From Girardia tigrina (taxonomy: Eukaryota), in the NCBI GenBank assembly GCA_001938485.1, contig MQRK01180317.1, positions 32,107 to 86,648 of the forward strand: a DNA stretch of 54,542 bases. Reading direction: 5' to 3'. The notes under the pieces are model-generated. The model made no database searches, had not been told where the DNA came from, and saw only the letters and a program-made list of their open reading frames with translations. Each line of letters opens with the position of its first letter. The stretch's first letter is position 1. Both the position numbers and the translations under genes were made by a program. Below, one piece after another: positions 51,130 to 54,542 of the stretch.

Positions 51130-52270
51130 GGATAACACTCTACTAATTTAAGAACAGTACAACGTTGGTTTTATAAGTTTCGTAGTGGCAACGAGAGCCT
51201 TGAAGATGAAGAACACGGTAGTCGACTATCACAAGTTGACGACGACCGTTTGAAGAAGTTAATCAATGCTGACCAGCATAAAAAATCACGGGAAAGCGCT
51301 CAAGAACTCAACTTTCACCAATCAACAGTTGTTCGCCATTTGAAGTAAATCGGAAAAGTGAAAAAGCTGGACAAGTGGGTGTCGCACGAATTAAACGAAA
51401 ATCAAAAAAATCGTTGTTTAAACGTCTGTTCTTCTCTGCTTTTTGGTAATCAAAGCAACCCGTTTCTGGATCGAATTGTAACGTGCGATGAAAAATGTAT
51501 CCTATACGACAACCGGCGACGTTCAGCTCAGTGGTCAGATTTCAACGAGGCTCTAAAGCCTTTCCCGAAGCAAAAATTACACCAAAAAAATTATGGTAAC
51601 TGTTTGGTGGTCCGCTCACGTTTTAATCCATTGCAGCTCCTAAAACAAGGCGAAACAATTACAGCAGAAAAGTATTGTCAGTAAATTGACAAAATGCACC
51701 TAGAACTACTAAAAAAACGACCGGCATTACTCAATAGAAAGGGGCCAAATCTTCTGAATGACAACGCTTGTCCACATGTTGCAAAAAAGACCATGCTGAA
51801 GTTAAACGAACTGGGATATGAAACTTTGCCTCATCCACCGTACTCACCAGACCTTTCTCCTACACACTTTCACATTTTCAAACATTCCAGCCAGTTCCTT
51901 CGCGAAAAATGTTTCAGAAACCAAGGAGATTCTGAAAGAGCCTTGGACGACTTCATCGTCTCCTAAACTCCAGAATTTTATGAAACTGGAATAAAAAACT
52001 TGTTACCCATTGGCAACATTGTGTTCAATGTAATGGTTTTTATTTTGACTAATAAAGTTAATTCTAAAGAAAGTCATGTTCATTTGAAGTTTACGGTTAA
52101 AAAACGACATTTCTTTTGCATCAACCTAATAAATGACTTGTTTTCTGAAATAACCTCACAACTGACGTTGCCGCCATGGCGAAACATGTATTTTTCTCAA
52201 AAAATATTAAAATGGTGTCTTTTATTTTTTCTGTTTTTATTTATACATTGTCATTGAATCTAAACGATAA

Positions 52271-52319
<49 letters not shown>

Positions 52320-53745
52320 ACGAAAAGTGTAGGATATTCTTTCAGTCGATTTGCAGAAAACAATTAAAATTTAACTTTATTTCCATGTTGTAGCTGTTTT
52401 CTTTATCCTTTAAAATTATAAAATAAAACAAAAACTTTGGCAATAAATATTTTTAAAAATAAAATATAAATTTTTGTTTTTATGCTTAAATAATTAATGT
52501 TTAATACTGTCTCATTCCTAATTTGATATTAATTATTTTTTAAAAAAATTATATTTTAACATTTTGTAAATTTTTGTTTGATTCTCTATATCATAATAAT
52601 TATAAACTTTATTTAGGGTATTACTATTTGGACCCTTATAAAGGGAACCTAGTCTTAATTTCCATAGAATTTTAATAATGTAGAATAAAATATTGTTAAA
52701 TGTGATATATGCAGGCACAGAGGACGAATAAATTTACTTTCTACATTCTCACAGGTAAAACGAAAATATGTGTAAGAGTCTCTTTAATTATTGTATTGTA
52801 GTTTTAAAAAGCTGGCGTAAAAGAACGACCATATATCTATAATATCGATTTAATCTGTTACCAAAACCGTGAGTCACTACAAATTTTAAAATAAAAAGAA
52901 TCAATTCTTGAAGGTAAAATATACTTCTAAGTATAAGTATGTACTAATAAATATAATTTGTGACATATTTAGAAAATTTAAAATTAATTATTTAAATAAT
53001 TTTTGTAAATTAACCTTATTTCTTCATAAAATTGGTGATAAGTTATTTATTTTTATGGTGCAAGTTATACATTCATTATATATATATATATATATATACA
53101 TTATATATTCATTCACATACTCCCGGACAATGACATTAACCTTTCACGACATTTCAACTTTAAGTTTAATAAAATCATAAATGAGATAATTTTCCATGAT
53201 AGAAGGGACTTTTTTTTCACACATACGCAAAACCCTGTAACAATGCTTCACAGGACCCTCAACCCCCGTTGAAATATTCAATTTTACAGAGTCATTCTAA
53301 AATATATTTAGTAATAGTTCGCCAATATCTGTTCTTTTTATAATTTTTGTGTGGTTAAAATTAAAATTTGATTATATTATTCATATCATCTTTCTATCGT
53401 GTTATTGGGTTCGTATACAGAGATGACGGAACGTCTGCTAATTTATGACTGATCTCATACATTAGTTTTATATTCTAAGACTTCCATACGTCTTCCATAT
53501 TAAAATGATGATATTTGTTTCTTTTAATAACCGATTTTAAAGCATCTTTCAAGGATTAATGTAAGATTCCTCAAACTGTTCAACTACATTATTATTACTA
53601 TTCTTAAAAAAATATTTTCAACGGTTGTTAATAATTCAATTTAATGTAAAACAATTTTTTTCTTGATTAAGAAAATAAATTAATCGGAAAAATAGTACAT
53701 AATATATAATTAATATTCTTTTTTCCGTGTTTTCTTCCCACAAAG

Positions 53746-53800
53746 GAATGCTGAGGAATCTGAACGTATGTCAAAGCAAGTCTGGAATTCATTAGAAAAT
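53746..53800 (+). CDS. Candidate small exon
   Basis: Strong polypyrimidine acceptor ttcttttttccgtgttttcttcccacaaag and donor gtaatt. Open as NAEESERMSKQVWNSLEN. Confidence 0.35.
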
Positions 53801-54089
53801 GTAATTGACATTTATAACTCTTGTGAATTTTTATAGTATAAAAATTAATTTAATTTATTGTTTTTATTTAAAATATTTATTATTTTTATTATTTAATTCA
53901 TCATTAATTTTCTGATTTTAAAATTACAAAAATCTATTTTATTGAAATATTAATATTTTATACTGTATATATACAGTATATTTCTTATGAAAATATTTTT
54001 GAATAATAAAGTTTCTTTACATTTTTGAAATATTGTGTAAAAAAATAATTACTTCTTGTTCAATGAGGATCAAAATATATACAATTTTA

Positions 54090-54503
54090 AAAATATCAAA
54101 CGATTTATCAGCAGACTGTATATATTTACAGCACGGATACGCGAACACTCCTTATCGAGTAAATCACAGATAAAACCTCAATAATTTCATAAGATTAATT
54201 TTCTATTCGTCAGACGAATTTTGATTCACATAACGAGAGGTGGTATTGTGAATCATTGCTCATAAGACACAAAAACAAACTACATATCCTAAATGAGAAC
54301 AGTAAAACAGTCTCAATATTAAATATTGTCAATTAAAAAAATAATATCGTATATTTGTGAGGAATATTTTTGAATGGTAATTATTGTATGTTGCTTTAGG
54401 ATTGTGTTTCTTACACCCAGATGGAAGATTGATCTTTTAAATATTATAAAATGTCCGATTATTTAATCAATTTAGAAATGTAATTAACAACTTTAAAATT
54501 TAA

Positions 54504-54510
<7 letters not shown>
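54090..54510 (+). mobile_element. Penelope-like 3' end with terminal repeat
   Basis: ARIREHS...DSHNERWYCESLLIRH...LNIVN* is followed about 20 nt later by the dispersed repeat gtgaggaatatttttgaatgg...acccagatggaa. Confidence 0.7.

Positions 54511-54542
<32 letters not shown>

Larger units (their letters stand above)
48929..52129 (+). mobile_element. mariner (cecropia/Hsmar1-like) split by an LTR insertion
   Basis: TA-flanked perfect 30-bp TIR ttaggttgatgcaaaagaaatgtcgttttt. The transposase starts near 49111 and resumes after 51129 with WVSHEL, TCDEK, NDNACPH and HPPYSPDLSPT. Several stops. Confidence 0.93.

Noticed and set aside
27374-51970. TAA/TAG at Gln positions in mariners suggesting a ciliate-type code
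   Set aside because: Explained by C-to-T decay. CGA-to-TGA changes and frameshifts co-occur, and the intact exons lack in-frame TAR.
1905-53180. Numerous short F/I/L/K/N-rich ORFs in the track
   Set aside because: Expected by chance in very AT-rich DNA, or antisense to TE ORFs.

Overview
Very AT-rich eukaryotic, most likely animal, DNA with three assembly gaps. It is not prokaryotic: I see no CRISPR array, rRNA or intact tRNA. Most ORF-track entries are spurious or transposon debris. The one clearly intact host gene is a + strand PDZ scaffold resembling Par3/bazooka PDZ3. Two exons (8143-8370 and 23442-23768) splice in phase across a 15,071-nt intron, and weaker candidate exons lie downstream. 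The rest is a transposon graveyard. It contains several Tc1/mariner lineages, including a near-intact plant-type element with CTCCCT TIRs, plus nested hAT/Charlie elements and a gag-only gypsy LTR element inside a mariner. It also contains BEL/Pao and possible R2-like RT relics, and many Penelope-like element (PLE) pieces, one with a minimal hammerhead ribozyme and seven copies of a terminal repeat. Decayed host-gene fragments (adenylyl cyclase, ABCC transporter, mini-intron genes) sit among them, usually close to PLE pieces. All family assignments come from motif recognition by eye; no database search was run. I cannot demonstrate a new biological system. The best leads are possible PLE-associated capture of gene fragments, the insertion-rich Par3-like PDZ and the plant-type mariner.
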